DNA of 64,000 nucleotides, from positions 47,168 to 111,167 of the IMG/VR virus record IMGVR_UViG_2751185783_000001. One strand, given 5' to 3'. Origin of the DNA: a virus. Lineage: Duplodnaviria; Caudoviricetes. The notes beneath the pieces were generated by a model, which was given only the letters and a program-made list of their open reading frames with translations, searched no databases and was not told the DNA's origin. The position numbers and the translations under genes are program-made. Positions 44,138 through 52,823 of this stretch are shown piece by piece. Positions within the stretch are counted from its first letter, which is position 1. The number at the start of each line of letters is the position of its first letter.

Positions 44138-44180
44138 GAAACCTCCTCGGGCAGTTGGGGTAGGGGTGGTGGCCGGCGCG

Positions 44181-44456
44181 TCAGGACCCAAGCGGGTACT
44201 GGTCGTTGCCGTAGATCGCATCCAGCAGGTGCGGCGGGCAGTGGAACTGGTAGGTCACGAACGGCTCGTCCCCGTCGATCACCTCCCACCAGCGCTTGTC
44301 CGTCCGTGGATCGAAACCGTGCTTGGCGGCGATCTCTGCGGCGAACTCATCCGGCCGGTCGCCCTCGTAGAAGATGTCCCGACCGCTGGGGAACAGTTCG
44401 GCCCAGGTGGTCGCGCCGGTGGACGCGGGCGAATCGGGAGTTGCGTGAGTGCTCAT
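44181..44456 (-). CDS. hypothetical protein
   Basis: ATGA coupling. Confidence 0.65.
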   Translation of the reverse strand: MSTHATPDSPASTGATTWAELFPSGRDIFYEGDRPDEFAAEIAAKHGFDPRTDKRWWEVIDGDEPFVTYQFHCPPHLLDAIYGNDQYPLGS

Positions 44457-44662
44457 GCGGCATCCGCTGCGAACGTGACCCACTCGTCGGTGCCCTGTTC
44501 CTGTCGCTGCTGTTCCAGGGTCTCGGCAACGCTGCGAAGGTGGAGCCTGAGGGCTTCCCCGACGATGCGGCTGAGGCTGATGTCTGTCTGGTCGGAGACA
44601 CGCTGTGCGGCTTCCCAGAGTGTCTGGTCTTTCGGGCGGACGTAGAGGGTCTTGTGGGGCAT
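44453..44662 (-). CDS. ribbon-helix-helix protein
   Basis: KTLYVR...LWEAAQ...SLSRIVGEALR. Confidence 0.8.
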   Translation of the reverse strand: MPHKTLYVRPKDQTLWEAAQRVSDQTDISLSRIVGEALRLHLRSVAETLEQQRQEQGTDEWVTFAADAA

Positions 44663-44699
44663 GGCGTTGCTCCCTTCTGAACTGCGGAAAGTCCAATCC

Positions 44700-44782
44700 T
44701 GTGTACGTACATCAACCAGTGAAGCCTATCGCGATGTGTACGTACACACCAGTGAAAGCCGATCTCTTTCGTGTACGGACAC
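44700..44782. promoter_or_regulatory. three palindromic operators at 35-bp spacing
   Basis: GTGTACGTACAT at 44701, GTGTACGTACAC at 44736, GTGTACGGACAC at 44771. Confidence 0.8.
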
Positions 44783-44798
44783 GCCGTACCTTTGACCA

Positions 44799-44993
44799 GT
44801 GACTACCGCCAACGAACGCCGCAAGACGGTGCGCCGGCAGATAGCCCTCGCCGATGCGCTCTGGGAACGCCTCGGCCGTCTGGTCGGCGACCGAGGGCGT
44901 TCCGAGGTCATCCGTGCGCTCGTGGCCTGGTATCTGCGCGAGCCCGGCGCGAAGCTCCCGGAGCGCCCGCCGCGTCAGGATCCGCCCGCCTGA
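44799..44993 (+). CDS. ribbon-helix-helix protein (divergent)
   Basis: RRQIAL...LWERL...RSEVIRALVAWY. Confidence 0.8.
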   Translation: MTTANERRKTVRRQIALADALWERLGRLVGDRGRSEVIRALVAWYLREPGAKLPERPPRQDPPA

Positions 44994-45225
44994 GCCCGCC
45001 CCGGCTGGTCACCACCCGCGTTCCGTCGGCGAACTCGAGCACCGCGGACCCGGACATCCGCTTGTTCCCGTCCGGGTCTTTGCCGCCCTGGTCGCGCACC
45101 ACCACCTGGCAGCGCTGGCCCGTCCGGTCGATGCCGTCGCCGAACCACGGCGTCTTCACCGCGCCCGTGCCCGGGAACTCCCAGGTGCGCCACCGCCACG
45201 TCCACACGTACGGGAAGTCGATCAC
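44908..45225 (-). CDS. hypothetical protein
   Basis: GTGA coupling; SAVLEFADG...VTSR; 3' end overlaps the convergent RHH gene. Confidence 0.6.
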   Translation of the reverse strand: MIDFPYVWTWRWRTWEFPGTGAVKTPWFGDGIDRTGQRCQVVVRDQGGKDPDGNKRMSGSAVLEFADGTRVVTSRGGLRRADPDAAGAPGASRRARADTRPRAHG

Positions 45226-45548
45226 GGCAGCCACTTCCGCAGTTCGTTGATCGACCTCCGGGCAACCTTCTGGGCTACGTACTCCCGGCCAACACGCTCC
45301 CACTCCCGCCGGTCGTCATCCTGTCCGTGAAGGCCGCGATCGATCCGTAGGTTTTCGAGTACCTCGCCGCATTCGATCAGCGCAGCCCGTGCCGCGCAGA
45401 GGGCACCGAAGGCAACCACGTTGAACGCTGGGTCCTCCGGCTCGGTCATGTGACTGCCGGCGAGCCGCAGGGCGTCTTCGATGTCCTGCTCGGTGATCAG
45501 TCCAACGGGCAGCGGCTCCCGAGCCGGACCCGGCCAGCGTCCGGTCAC
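45222..45548 (-). CDS. hypothetical protein
   Basis: GTGA coupling. Confidence 0.6.
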   Translation of the reverse strand: MTGRWPGPAREPLPVGLITEQDIEDALRLAGSHMTEPEDPAFNVVAFGALCAARAALIECGEVLENLRIDRGLHGQDDDRREWERVGREYVAQKVARRSINELRKWLP

Positions 45549-45775
45549 CGGATCACCCCGGCGCGGATGCCGACCGCTACCGCGTGGGCCCGGTTGCACG
45601 CGCCGAGCGTGTCGTAGATGCGCTTCGTCTGGTGGTCGACGGTGTTGGCGCTGATGCGGAGCCGCCCGGCGATGGCCTGGTTGGACAGGCCGTCCGCGAT
45701 CAGCACGAGGATCTGCTGCTGCCGGTCTGACAGAGTGATAGCGGCAGGTAGGCCGGGGGCGAAGAAGTCGGTCAC
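45545..45775 (-). CDS. stand-alone LuxR-type HTH protein
   Basis: LSDRQQQILVLIADGLSNQAIAGRLRISANTV...NRAHAV. Confidence 0.9.
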   Translation of the reverse strand: MTDFFAPGLPAAITLSDRQQQILVLIADGLSNQAIAGRLRISANTVDHQTKRIYDTLGACNRAHAVAVGIRAGVIR

Positions 45776-46047
45776 CGGTGGGCCGCCTGGTCGATGTCGT
45801 GGAGGGTGATCTGCCTGCTGCGCAGGGCGATGATCACGGCGTGGGCGCGGTTACGGGCACCGAGGGTGCGGTAGGCCCGCCGGAGGGACGTTTTGACGGA
45901 TGACCCCTGGATGCCGATGCGGGCCCCGATACGCGTGTCGGGGAGCCCGCACGCGACGTACGCGAGGATCTGCCGCTGGCGTGGGGTGAGGTGCCCGGGG
46001 CGCCCGGCCCCCGCGGTGGGGGCCGGGACGGTGGCGGGTGCGGTCAT
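45772..46047 (-). CDS. stand-alone LuxR-type HTH protein
   Basis: LTPRQRQILAYVACG...LGARNRAHAV. Confidence 0.88.
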   Translation of the reverse strand: MTAPATVPAPTAGAGRPGHLTPRQRQILAYVACGLPDTRIGARIGIQGSSVKTSLRRAYRTLGARNRAHAVIIALRSRQITLHDIDQAAHR

Positions 46048-46307
46048 GCGGGAGTCTCCTGGGGAGCGGATTCGGCGGGACGGGGTTCAGGTGCCGGGGT
46101 GCGCCAGGCCCGGAAGTTGCGCGTGTACACCCACGTGTAGGCGGCCACCGAAACCAGGAACCCCCACTGGCGGGTGGCCAGCGCGTACGCCAGCCACAGG
46201 GCTTGGGCGCCGATTCCAACAGCCCAGCCCCATGGGGAGCGGCGGCCGGCGAGCCAGATGCCGAATACGCCGACTGCGGTGAGCGCCCACGACCACAGCT
46301 GACTCAC
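46044..46307 (-). CDS. PnuC-like 3-TM membrane protein
   Basis: GIWLAGRRSPWGW...QALW...QWGF...NFRAW. Confidence 0.7.
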   Translation of the reverse strand: MSQLWSWALTAVGVFGIWLAGRRSPWGWAVGIGAQALWLAYALATRQWGFLVSVAAYTWVYTRNFRAWRTPAPEPRPAESAPQETPA

Positions 46308-46699
46308 GAGGCGCCACCCGACGGATTCGAACCAGCAACCAGCACGGACAGCTCAGCGAGATGGTCTCCACCGCACCAGCCGCACCCATCGGCCCGCAGC
46401 ACCGTGTGCCGCTCGCTGGGGTAAAGCCGCTCGGCGCAAGCGACCAGGCTGATGATCTGGCCGTGCGCCTCGTCCAGCGCGGTGAGCAACGCGGCCACGT
46501 CCTGGTGGGCGTGTGCGATGAACGCGGCGTCGTTCCGGCCGTTGCGATGCTCGTCGAGCTGGAGCGGCGGCAGACTGCCGGAGATGACCGCGATCGACGA
46601 TCCGAGCGAGCCGCTGCCGAACCGGTCGCCCGTCTTCCACGTGCCCGGCGTGGCCGCTTCGAGGCGGCGCCGGATCGCGGCGATGTTGGGCCTACGCAC
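46304..46699 (-). CDS. Ead/Ea22-like protein
   Basis: EAATPGTW...NDAAFIAHAHQDVAALL. Confidence 0.7.
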   Translation of the reverse strand: MRRPNIAAIRRRLEAATPGTWKTGDRFGSGSLGSSIAVISGSLPPLQLDEHRNGRNDAAFIAHAHQDVAALLTALDEAHGQIISLVACAERLYPSERHTVLRADGCGWCGGDHLAELSVLVAGSNPSGGAS

Positions 46700-46976
46700 T
46701 GGGCACCTCCGTGGAATACGGCGCGTAATCCGTCGCCAGCAGGCCCGCCTCGTGCAGTTCCGCAGCGATGCGTTCCGCCGCGGGCCAGTTAAACGTGCAG
46801 TGGAGCAGGTTCGCGGCGGCCTCCTGCGACGGCAGCTGGATGGTGCTCTGCTGGCCGACGAGCAGGTTGCTATGCGCCAGGTTCTCCGCGGTGCCCAGGG
46901 CGCGCTGGCGGAGTTTGAAGTTGCTGCCGATGTGGGGCTCGACGATGTCGGCAACACGGTTGAGGATGTCGATCAC
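46692..46976 (-). CDS. hypothetical protein
   Basis: coupled ORF in the early operon. Confidence 0.6.
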   Translation of the reverse strand: MIDILNRVADIVEPHIGSNFKLRQRALGTAENLAHSNLLVGQQSTIQLPSQEAAANLLHCTFNWPAAERIAAELHEAGLLATDYAPYSTEVPSA

Positions 46977-47164
46977 GGCAGATCACCGCCCGACGAATTC
47001 GGACGGGTAGCCACGCTCGCGTGGATGGACGCGATGGTCTCCAGGCACTGCTCGTGGTCGTGCCCCGGGTCGTCCCGGTGGCTGCACTGCGACTCGGGCA
47101 CGTCGAGGGGGTTCTGGTTGAGGATCCGCCGGGCGTGCCGGGCGGCAAGGTCAGAATTACGCAC
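46973..47164 (-). CDS. hypothetical protein
   Basis: AGGAGG RBS. Confidence 0.55.
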   Translation of the reverse strand: MRNSDLAARHARRILNQNPLDVPESQCSHRDDPGHDHEQCLETIASIHASVATRPNSSGGDLP

Positions 47165-47167
47165 GGG

Positions 47168-47551
47168 TCAGCCTCCTTGGCTGGTCGGGGAAGCTTCGCC
47201 GGGGTACATCCGCTTGCGAGTGATGCGCCGGCGCCGGCCCTCACACGCCTCACCCAGGTAGGGGTAGAGGTCGCTGGTGGAGTCGCAGTGCTGGATCACC
47301 CGTCGGACGATGTCGATGTCGCCGGGGATCGGGTCGTCGTTGTCGAGCGGCCCGCCCTTGCCCATCACGCCGTCGGCCTGCCCGGCCCGGTAGCCGAGGA
47401 CGTAGCCCATGACGGCGGCCTCGCGGGTGACCCGGCGCTCGAACTTCGTGAGGGTGCGCCACGCGGTGTCGGCCCGCTTGTCGCGTTGTTGCTGTCGGGC
47501 GGCGAAGTAGTCGAGGAGACCGGGCGGGAACTCCGACATCGGGGCGCTCAT
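47168..47551 (-). CDS. hypothetical protein
   Basis: REAAVMGYVLG; coupled. Confidence 0.7.
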   Translation of the reverse strand: MSAPMSEFPPGLLDYFAARQQQRDKRADTAWRTLTKFERRVTREAAVMGYVLGYRAGQADGVMGKGGPLDNDDPIPGDIDIVRRVIQHCDSTSDLYPYLGEACEGRRRRITRKRMYPGEASPTSQGG

Positions 47552-47787
47552 CGGGTCGCCGCCTTGCCGGGCAGGTATTCGAGTCCGTCGGATGTGGGCC
47601 AGATCAGGACGTAGTCGTCCCGCCGCGCGCTGTCGGGCAGGACTGCCAGGTAGGCGTTTGAGGTGCCGATGATGGTGCCGTGCTGGGCGTGCCCGTGGTC
47701 GGTGTATCGAACGCGGCCGTGGAGGCTGGCGGGCACGTTGTAGCGCTCACGGATGTAGGCGAGGGCCGCGTTCGTCTCGGCGGTCAT
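47548..47787 (-). CDS. hypothetical protein
   Basis: YIRERYNVPA...GRV...GTI motif seen in phage early regions. Confidence 0.65.
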   Translation of the reverse strand: MTAETNAALAYIRERYNVPASLHGRVRYTDHGHAQHGTIIGTSNAYLAVLPDSARRDDYVLIWPTSDGLEYLPGKAATR

Positions 47788-47836
47788 CGGGTCACGTCTT
47801 CTTCGCGGGTGGGGTACGGGGCGAGGTCCTTGGTGG

Positions 47837-48028
47837 TCACCACGGGATCTCCTCGGAGCGGGGCGGCAGTTCACCGGTCTGGTTGTGCACGTTGCGCATC
47901 TCGTCTACCTCGAACCCGGCCTCGGTCAGCGCCTTCCGGGCAACCGTCAACGCGTGCGCGGTGTAGCGGAGGTCGGAGTCGTCATCGATGCGGATGGCGG
48001 CGATCAAGGTGCGGAAGTGGTGGGCCAT
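47837..48028 (-). CDS. hypothetical protein
   Basis: coupled ORF. Confidence 0.55.
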   Translation of the reverse strand: MAHHFRTLIAAIRIDDDSDLRYTAHALTVARKALTEAGFEVDEMRNVHNQTGELPPRSEEIPW

Positions 48029-48246
48029 CACATGCCTTCCCACACGATGCCGTTGCCGCCGCGGCGGATGTCGTCCTTGTGGTCCTTGTGCCACTGCTGG
48101 CGCTGGGCGCGGTTTTTGATGAGCGGCGAGTAGGTGCCGCACTCGCACAGCGCCATGCCGGGTCCGGCGGCGTCACGGGCCCGGACCTTCGGCATGGAGA
48201 AGGCCGCGCCTTCGTGGCGCAGGCCGTGGCCGGCGAGGCGGGTCAT
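48028..48246 (-). CDS. small Zn-binding protein
   Basis: CECG...WHKDHK. Confidence 0.65.
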   Translation of the reverse strand: MTRLAGHGLRHEGAAFSMPKVRARDAAGPGMALCECGTYSPLIKNRAQRQQWHKDHKDDIRRGGNGIVWEGM

Positions 48247-48554
48247 CGGGCGGCCTCCATGGCGGCGCGGAGTTCGATGCGGGCGGTGTCGGCGTCGTGC
48301 GGGTCGTCGGCGGACTCAATCGCCCGGACCGCGGTTTCGACACGGCGCAGGCGGTCGCGCTCGTCCTGAAGGTCCGCGAGCCCGTCCGCAAGTCGTCCGG
48401 CCCACGCGTGCAGGCGCTCGATCTCGGCGATCAGGGCGGGGGCGTCGCTGTTGAAGTGCTCGCGGACGGCGGCGGGGACGGCCAGGGACTGGTAGTCCGC
48501 CCACCGGTACGCCTCAGCGGCCCGGGCTTGGACGGCGACGAGGTCGAGAGTCAT
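48243..48554 (-). CDS. coiled-coil hypothetical protein
   Basis: DAPALIAEIERL; coupled. Confidence 0.65.
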   Translation of the reverse strand: MTLDLVAVQARAAEAYRWADYQSLAVPAAVREHFNSDAPALIAEIERLHAWAGRLADGLADLQDERDRLRRVETAVRAIESADDPHDADTARIELRAAMEAAR

Positions 48555-49039
48555 CGGGCGGCCTCCTCGGCAGCCACGATGCGCGCGTTCTGCTCGACGA
48601 GGCGCTTCAGATGGTTCGAGCGGGACTCAGCACGTTCAGCGGTGACGCCCTCCGGCCACGGGTTGCAGTACTCGGCGTCGCAGGACCAGTTCACGGTGCG
48701 GGCCTCGGCGACGGCCAGACGAATCTCGTCGGTCAGGGAACCCCAGAACTCGGCCGAGCCCTCGGCCGTGATGGACGCCCAGTCAACCTCGGTAGCGAGG
48801 AGCGCCTTACCTGCCGAGCGGCAGCACTCGATGCAACCAGGACCGTCGGAGACGTGCAGGCCGGTGGCCCGGTGGGTGATGACGAAGTTTCCGCTGAGGA
48901 AGGCGCGGAAGTCTTCGGTCATGCCGAAGGCGGGGGCGATGGCGAGGTGCTCGCCGATCGGTTCGCAGGGCACGGTGACCGGGCCTTGAATCGTGGTGAT
49001 CGTGCAGGTCGGGAACGGCGGGATGGTGGCTTCGGCCAT
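48551..49039 (-). CDS. hypothetical protein
   Basis: AAAGGA RBS; VITHRATGL. Confidence 0.7.
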   Translation of the reverse strand: MAEATIPPFPTCTITTIQGPVTVPCEPIGEHLAIAPAFGMTEDFRAFLSGNFVITHRATGLHVSDGPGCIECCRSAGKALLATEVDWASITAEGSAEFWGSLTDEIRLAVAEARTVNWSCDAEYCNPWPEGVTAERAESRSNHLKRLVEQNARIVAAEEAAR

Positions 49040-49069
49040 TGGGATGTGTCCTTTCGTAGATGCGGATCG

Positions 49070-49105
49070 CTTGTACAAGTTGTACATTACAACTTGTACA
49101 AGTTG
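49070..49105. promoter_or_regulatory. nested perfect palindromic operator
   Basis: CTTGTACAAGTTGTA-CAT-TACAACTTGTACAAG; CAACTTGTACAAGTTG (49090-49105) is itself palindromic. Confidence 0.85.
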
Positions 49106-49126
49106 CAACCCTCGTACTCTTTGACC

Positions 49127-49318
49127 ATGGAGGCCAAGGTGCTCGGTATCGGCGAATTCAGGAAGCTGCTCAGCGACAGGGTCGAAGCCGCCTACATGCG
49201 CGGCGAACCCACCGTCATCAAGCACGGATCAAGAAACATCGCTCGTGCCGTACTCGTGTCGCCCGAGTGGTTCGAGAGAGCGCAGGCAGCGTTGGGCGAG
49301 ACTCCGGGCAAGGCGTAG
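49127..49318 (+). CDS. Phd/YefM-family antitoxin-like protein (orphan)
   Basis: LGIGEFRKLLSDRVE...GEPTVIKHG...AVLVSPEWF. Confidence 0.8.
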   Translation: MEAKVLGIGEFRKLLSDRVEAAYMRGEPTVIKHGSRNIARAVLVSPEWFERAQAALGETPGKA

Positions 49319-49322
49319 CGGC

Positions 49323-49628
49323 TCACCGCCCGCCCACCGGCATGTTCACTCCCGGACAGCCACCGTGCGCGCTCACCCTGCCGTCCACGACCGGCACCGG
49401 CTCACCGCACACCGGACACCCCCGGCCGCGACGCGGCGGCAACTCGACCGTGCCCGCGTCCAGCAGCTCCCGGCACCGCCCGTGCAGCACCTCATCCGGC
49501 GGACGGCCCATCGGCACGGCCGGAACAAACCCGACCCGCCTGCCGCACAGCATCCGGTCCGCGCCCGGCAGCCGCGCACACCTCTGCACCTGATGATCCC
49601 GGGCCCAGCCGAACTCCACCTCGATCAC
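49323..49628 (-). CDS. Cys-rich protein
   Basis: CPVCG...H...CPG. Confidence 0.6.
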   Translation of the reverse strand: MIEVEFGWARDHQVQRCARLPGADRMLCGRRVGFVPAVPMGRPPDEVLHGRCRELLDAGTVELPPRRGRGCPVCGEPVPVVDGRVSAHGGCPGVNMPVGGR

Positions 49629-49915
49629 GGCCGGGCCACCGCACGCCGGCCAACCCAGATCCGCAACTCCACCGCGGGCATCCTGCGCAGCCGCTGCCCG
49701 GACCCGCCGCACCGCACCGTCCAGCCGTTTTTCCGGCGGCCGTGCGGCTGGATTTCGAACCCGACCACCTCGACGCGGAACCCGCACCCCGGACACCGGT
49801 CCCGGCGGATCTCCTCCGGCGTGCACACCCCGCAGATCTGGCCGTGCGCAGCATGCGTGCGGCGCCGCGACTCCGACGGGCACGCCTCCACCTGGTTCGG
49901 GGACAGCCGGGTCAC
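49625..49915 (-). CDS. Cys-rich protein
   Basis: CPGCG...HG...CGGSG. Confidence 0.6.
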   Translation of the reverse strand: MTRLSPNQVEACPSESRRRTHAAHGQICGVCTPEEIRRDRCPGCGFRVEVVGFEIQPHGRRKNGWTVRCGGSGQRLRRMPAVELRIWVGRRAVARP

Positions 49916-50151
49916 GGGGCCGCCACCGGGTCGGCGAGGAACAGACCGCGGGCCACGCCGGGCTGACGGTGCAGATACCCCTTCGCGACGAGCTGATCCA
50001 GATTCCAGGTTGTGGTCGACGCGGACCGGCCCACCGCCGCGGCGACCTCCCGGACCGTCGGCGGGATCCGATGCTCGGCCATGTGGGCGTGGATGGCGTC
50101 GAGGACACGCTGCTGCGCGGCAGGGAGCCGGGAAAGGCTTGGTGCAGACAT
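49912..50151 (-). CDS. LexA N-terminal DNA-binding-domain-only protein
   Basis: QQRVLDAI...PPTVREVAAAVG...LVAKGYLHRQPGVARG. Confidence 0.85.
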   Translation of the reverse strand: MSAPSLSRLPAAQQRVLDAIHAHMAEHRIPPTVREVAAAVGRSASTTTWNLDQLVAKGYLHRQPGVARGLFLADPVAAP

Positions 50152-50228
50152 GAAAGGAACCTCCGGGGAGAGGAAGGGAGAGGTGGCCGGGCGCGGCGCT
50201 GCGGCAGCACCCGGCCACCGAATCAAGA

Positions 50229-50741
50229 TCAGAAAGGCGGTTCGTCGTCGAACGACGGCTTGCCACCACCGGCCCGGCCACCGCCCGAAGCAGACGGGCC
50301 CGACGCCCACGGGTCGTTGAAGTCGCCACCCGCACCGCCGCCGCCCGACTGCTGACGACCGCCGCCCCCGCCGCCGGACCGCTGCGCCTTCTGCACCGCG
50401 GCGGTGGCGTACCGCAACGACGGGCCGATCTCGTCCACTTCCAACTCATAAACGGTGCGCTTCTCGCCGTCCTTCTCGTAAGACCGCTGACGCAGCCGGC
50501 CCTGCACGATCACCCGGGAGCCGCGGGACAGCGACTCGGCGACATGCTCAGCGGCGTCGCGCCAGATGTTGCACGCCAGGAACAGCGGGTCGCCGTCCTT
50601 CCACTCCCCGGACTGCTTGTCGAGGGTGCGCGGGGTCGATGCGATCCGGAAGTTCGCCACCGCCTGACCTGACGCGGTGAATTTCAAGGTCGGATCGTCG
50701 GTGAGGTTGCCTACTACGGTGATGACGGTGTCTCCGGCCAT
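50229..50741 (-). CDS. ssb: single-stranded DNA-binding protein
   Basis: [11 protein letters not shown]...[10 protein letters not shown]...[12 protein letters not shown]...DDEPPF. Confidence 0.96.
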   Translation of the reverse strand: MAGDTVITVVGNLTDDPTLKFTASGQAVANFRIASTPRTLDKQSGEWKDGDPLFLACNIWRDAAEHVAESLSRGSRVIVQGRLRQRSYEKDGEKRTVYELEVDEIGPSLRYATAAVQKAQRSGGGGGGRQQSGGGGAGGDFNDPWASGPSASGGGRAGGGKPSFDDEPPF

Positions 50742-50998
50742 TACGCGGCCTCCTTCTTGATGGGGATGGGTGTCCGTTCGATGACGTGCGCCTCGCACAT
50801 GACGGCCCTCGAGGCGCCGAACGCCTCCTGCTGCCGCGGGTCGAGGCGCACCACGTGCATGCGGGGTGTGTCGACGACGGTGACCTGTTGTTTCTCGGGG
50901 TGGTGGGGCCAGTCGATCCAGGCGTCGGCGATGGCCTCGTCGTCGTACATGGCGTCGTCGTGGATGGGCCAGACGACGCGCAGGATGTGAGTGCTCAC
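50741..50998 (-). CDS. hypothetical protein
   Basis: coupled ORF. Confidence 0.6.
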   Translation of the reverse strand: MSTHILRVVWPIHDDAMYDDEAIADAWIDWPHHPEKQQVTVVDTPRMHVVRLDPRQQEAFGASRAVMCEAHVIERTPIPIKKEAA

Positions 50999-51198
50999 GC
51001 CGCCCCCTGGGCTGGCGCGGGCAGGCGGAGGTGGGCGGTCTGCGGGTCGTGGCCGGGGCAGCGCCATCCCTCGGCGTACAGGCGGGTGTCGCGGCGCCCA
51101 CACGGGGCTGACACGCCGCCGGGGACGGTGCCGGACCCGCACGGCTGCGCACCCACCGGGCGCGGCACCCGGAACAGCGGGATCACCTTCGCGGTCAC
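50995..51198 (-). CDS. small Cys protein
   Basis: CG...[12 protein letters not shown]. Confidence 0.6.
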   Translation of the reverse strand: MTAKVIPLFRVPRPVGAQPCGSGTVPGGVSAPCGRRDTRLYAEGWRCPGHDPQTAHLRLPAPAQGAA

Positions 51199-51587
51199 GG
51201 TTCCACCACGATCCGCAGCTCGATCTCTCCGCCGACCTTCAGTGGCCCGGCCGGAACCTTGTCGCCCTCGGTGATTGCCGTCCACAGCAGATGCTCACGC
51301 CGGTCATCCGGGATCAGCCCGTAGTCGACCAGGCCGTCGATGCAGCACTTCACGACCGCCATGTAGTTGTGGGCGTCTCGCCGCCGGGCATCGGTGAAGT
51401 GGATGGTCGCGTACACCGACACCCGGTTCAGGCCTCTCGGTAGATGCGCGGCCCGGGCGTGCAGTGCCGCAGCCTGGCGCCAGGCCCGGATCGCGACATC
51501 AGGCCGTCGCTTGTACCGCTTGTTCGCCGACAGCCACTCGGCCGGCGCGGTGAACCTCAGCCGCATTTCCTCCAACACGGCGGTCAC
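51195..51587 (-). CDS. RusA-like Holliday junction resolvase
   Basis: LSAN...RRRDAHNY...KCCIDGLVDYGLIPDD. Confidence 0.8.
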   Translation of the reverse strand: MTAVLEEMRLRFTAPAEWLSANKRYKRRPDVAIRAWRQAAALHARAAHLPRGLNRVSVYATIHFTDARRRDAHNYMAVVKCCIDGLVDYGLIPDDRREHLLWTAITEGDKVPAGPLKVGGEIELRIVVEP

Positions 51588-51718
51588 TGCTCGTCCCGCC
51601 GCTCGTCCTCGTCGCCCTCGTAGGCGGGCCGGTCGGCGTCGAGCAGCGTCTCGGTGAGGATCGTGGCGGCGTCGCTGTCGACGTGCCAAACGTCTTCGGG
51701 GCTGTACAGGTCGGTCAT
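51584..51718 (-). CDS. acidic 44-aa peptide
   Basis: GAGGAGG RBS; stop overlaps the next start. Confidence 0.55.
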   Translation of the reverse strand: MTDLYSPEDVWHVDSDAATILTETLLDADRPAYEGDEDERRDEQ

Positions 51719-51796
51719 GTCGCCTCCTCAGGCAAATGGGGGAGCAGGGTTCGTGTCCCGGGGCCGTTCTGTGAGCGCACCCCGGGACGGATCAGG

Positions 51797-52105
51797 TCAG
51801 TGGTCGTTGGCCGCGTCGGCAGGAACCGGCTCGTACGTGTCGGCAAGGACCGACGCCCTGATCGGGTAGAACTCGCCCTGCACGCCCTCGACGATCGAAT
51901 CGCCGATGTAGACGAGCACCCACGTCGAGTGCAGGACGTCGAGCACCTGGGCGGTCGCCTCGGGGTCGGCGCATTCCGCCCGGTCTTGCGGATCGAGAAC
52001 TCCGAACCGGTTGCCTGTGAACTGGACGAGCTCGTCGGCGTTGTCGCCGGTCCACTGGACGGTGCGGACTTCGACGGGCTTCTTGCGGTAGACGGTGACG
52101 GTCAT
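51797..52105 (-). CDS. conserved phage protein (RKKPV...GEFYP type)
   Basis: YRKKPVEV...QWTG...GEFYP...TYE. Confidence 0.8.
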   Translation of the reverse strand: MTVTVYRKKPVEVRTVQWTGDNADELVQFTGNRFGVLDPQDRAECADPEATAQVLDVLHSTWVLVYIGDSIVEGVQGEFYPIRASVLADTYEPVPADAANDH

Positions 52106-52176
52106 GGGGGTCTCCTCACGTTGAGGGTTCAGTTCTGGGGTGTCCGGGCCGCCGCGGTGACCGCCCCGGACAGGAG

Positions 52177-52425
52177 TCAGCGGTCGAGGTTCATTCCGGC
52201 CAGGTCCTGCATGCCGGCCCACAACGGCTCGGGTACTTCGAGGACCCGGGCGAGCCGGTTGCCGTGCTCGGCGAGAGTGACGAGCCGGCCGCGCAGCCAC
52301 GCCCGCTGGTAGGCGGTGTCCGCCGTGGACGGCAGGGCGGACAGCTTCCGGCAGGCATCGAAGTAGTCCTCGGCGACCGGTGACAGCAGCTCGTCGTACA
52401 GGCGGTCGTTCGGGCTCGCGCTCAT
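52177..52425 (-). CDS. hypothetical protein
   Basis: coupled ORF. Confidence 0.6.
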   Translation of the reverse strand: MSASPNDRLYDELLSPVAEDYFDACRKLSALPSTADTAYQRAWLRGRLVTLAEHGNRLARVLEVPEPLWAGMQDLAGMNLDR

Positions 52426-52823
52426 CGGGCACCTACCACCGCGTACGTCTGCTGCACGTTCTTTGCCAGCGCGGAGAGCACCACCGACTGCGAGTTCAAG
52501 GTGCGCAAGTGATCCTGCGCAGCCTCCTTCGCGGCGGTCGCAAGCTCGTACGTCTCGCGATGCTCGGCAGTCTCACGCTCGATGAACGCATCCCGGTCCG
52601 CGACGGTGAACCCGCCACGCGCCGGCTTCGGGCAGTCGTCGTGGAAGAACGCCCGCCGTTTCGCCGACTCGTATACGTGCTTCGCCGCGACCTCAGCATC
52701 CCGGGCCTCGGCGAGGCCGCGCTGGGCGGCGAGCATGGCCCGCAACACCCAGCGCAACGCCTTCTCCGCATCGTTCGGCGTCCACGACTCGAACTCGACG
52801 TCCGCCCACGGTTCGGCGCTCAC
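52422..52823 (-). CDS. coiled-coil protein next to the recombination genes
   Basis: TVADRDA helical pattern. Confidence 0.7.
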   Translation of the reverse strand: MSAEPWADVEFESWTPNDAEKALRWVLRAMLAAQRGLAEARDAEVAAKHVYESAKRRAFFHDDCPKPARGGFTVADRDAFIERETAEHRETYELATAAKEAAQDHLRTLNSQSVVLSALAKNVQQTYAVVGAR

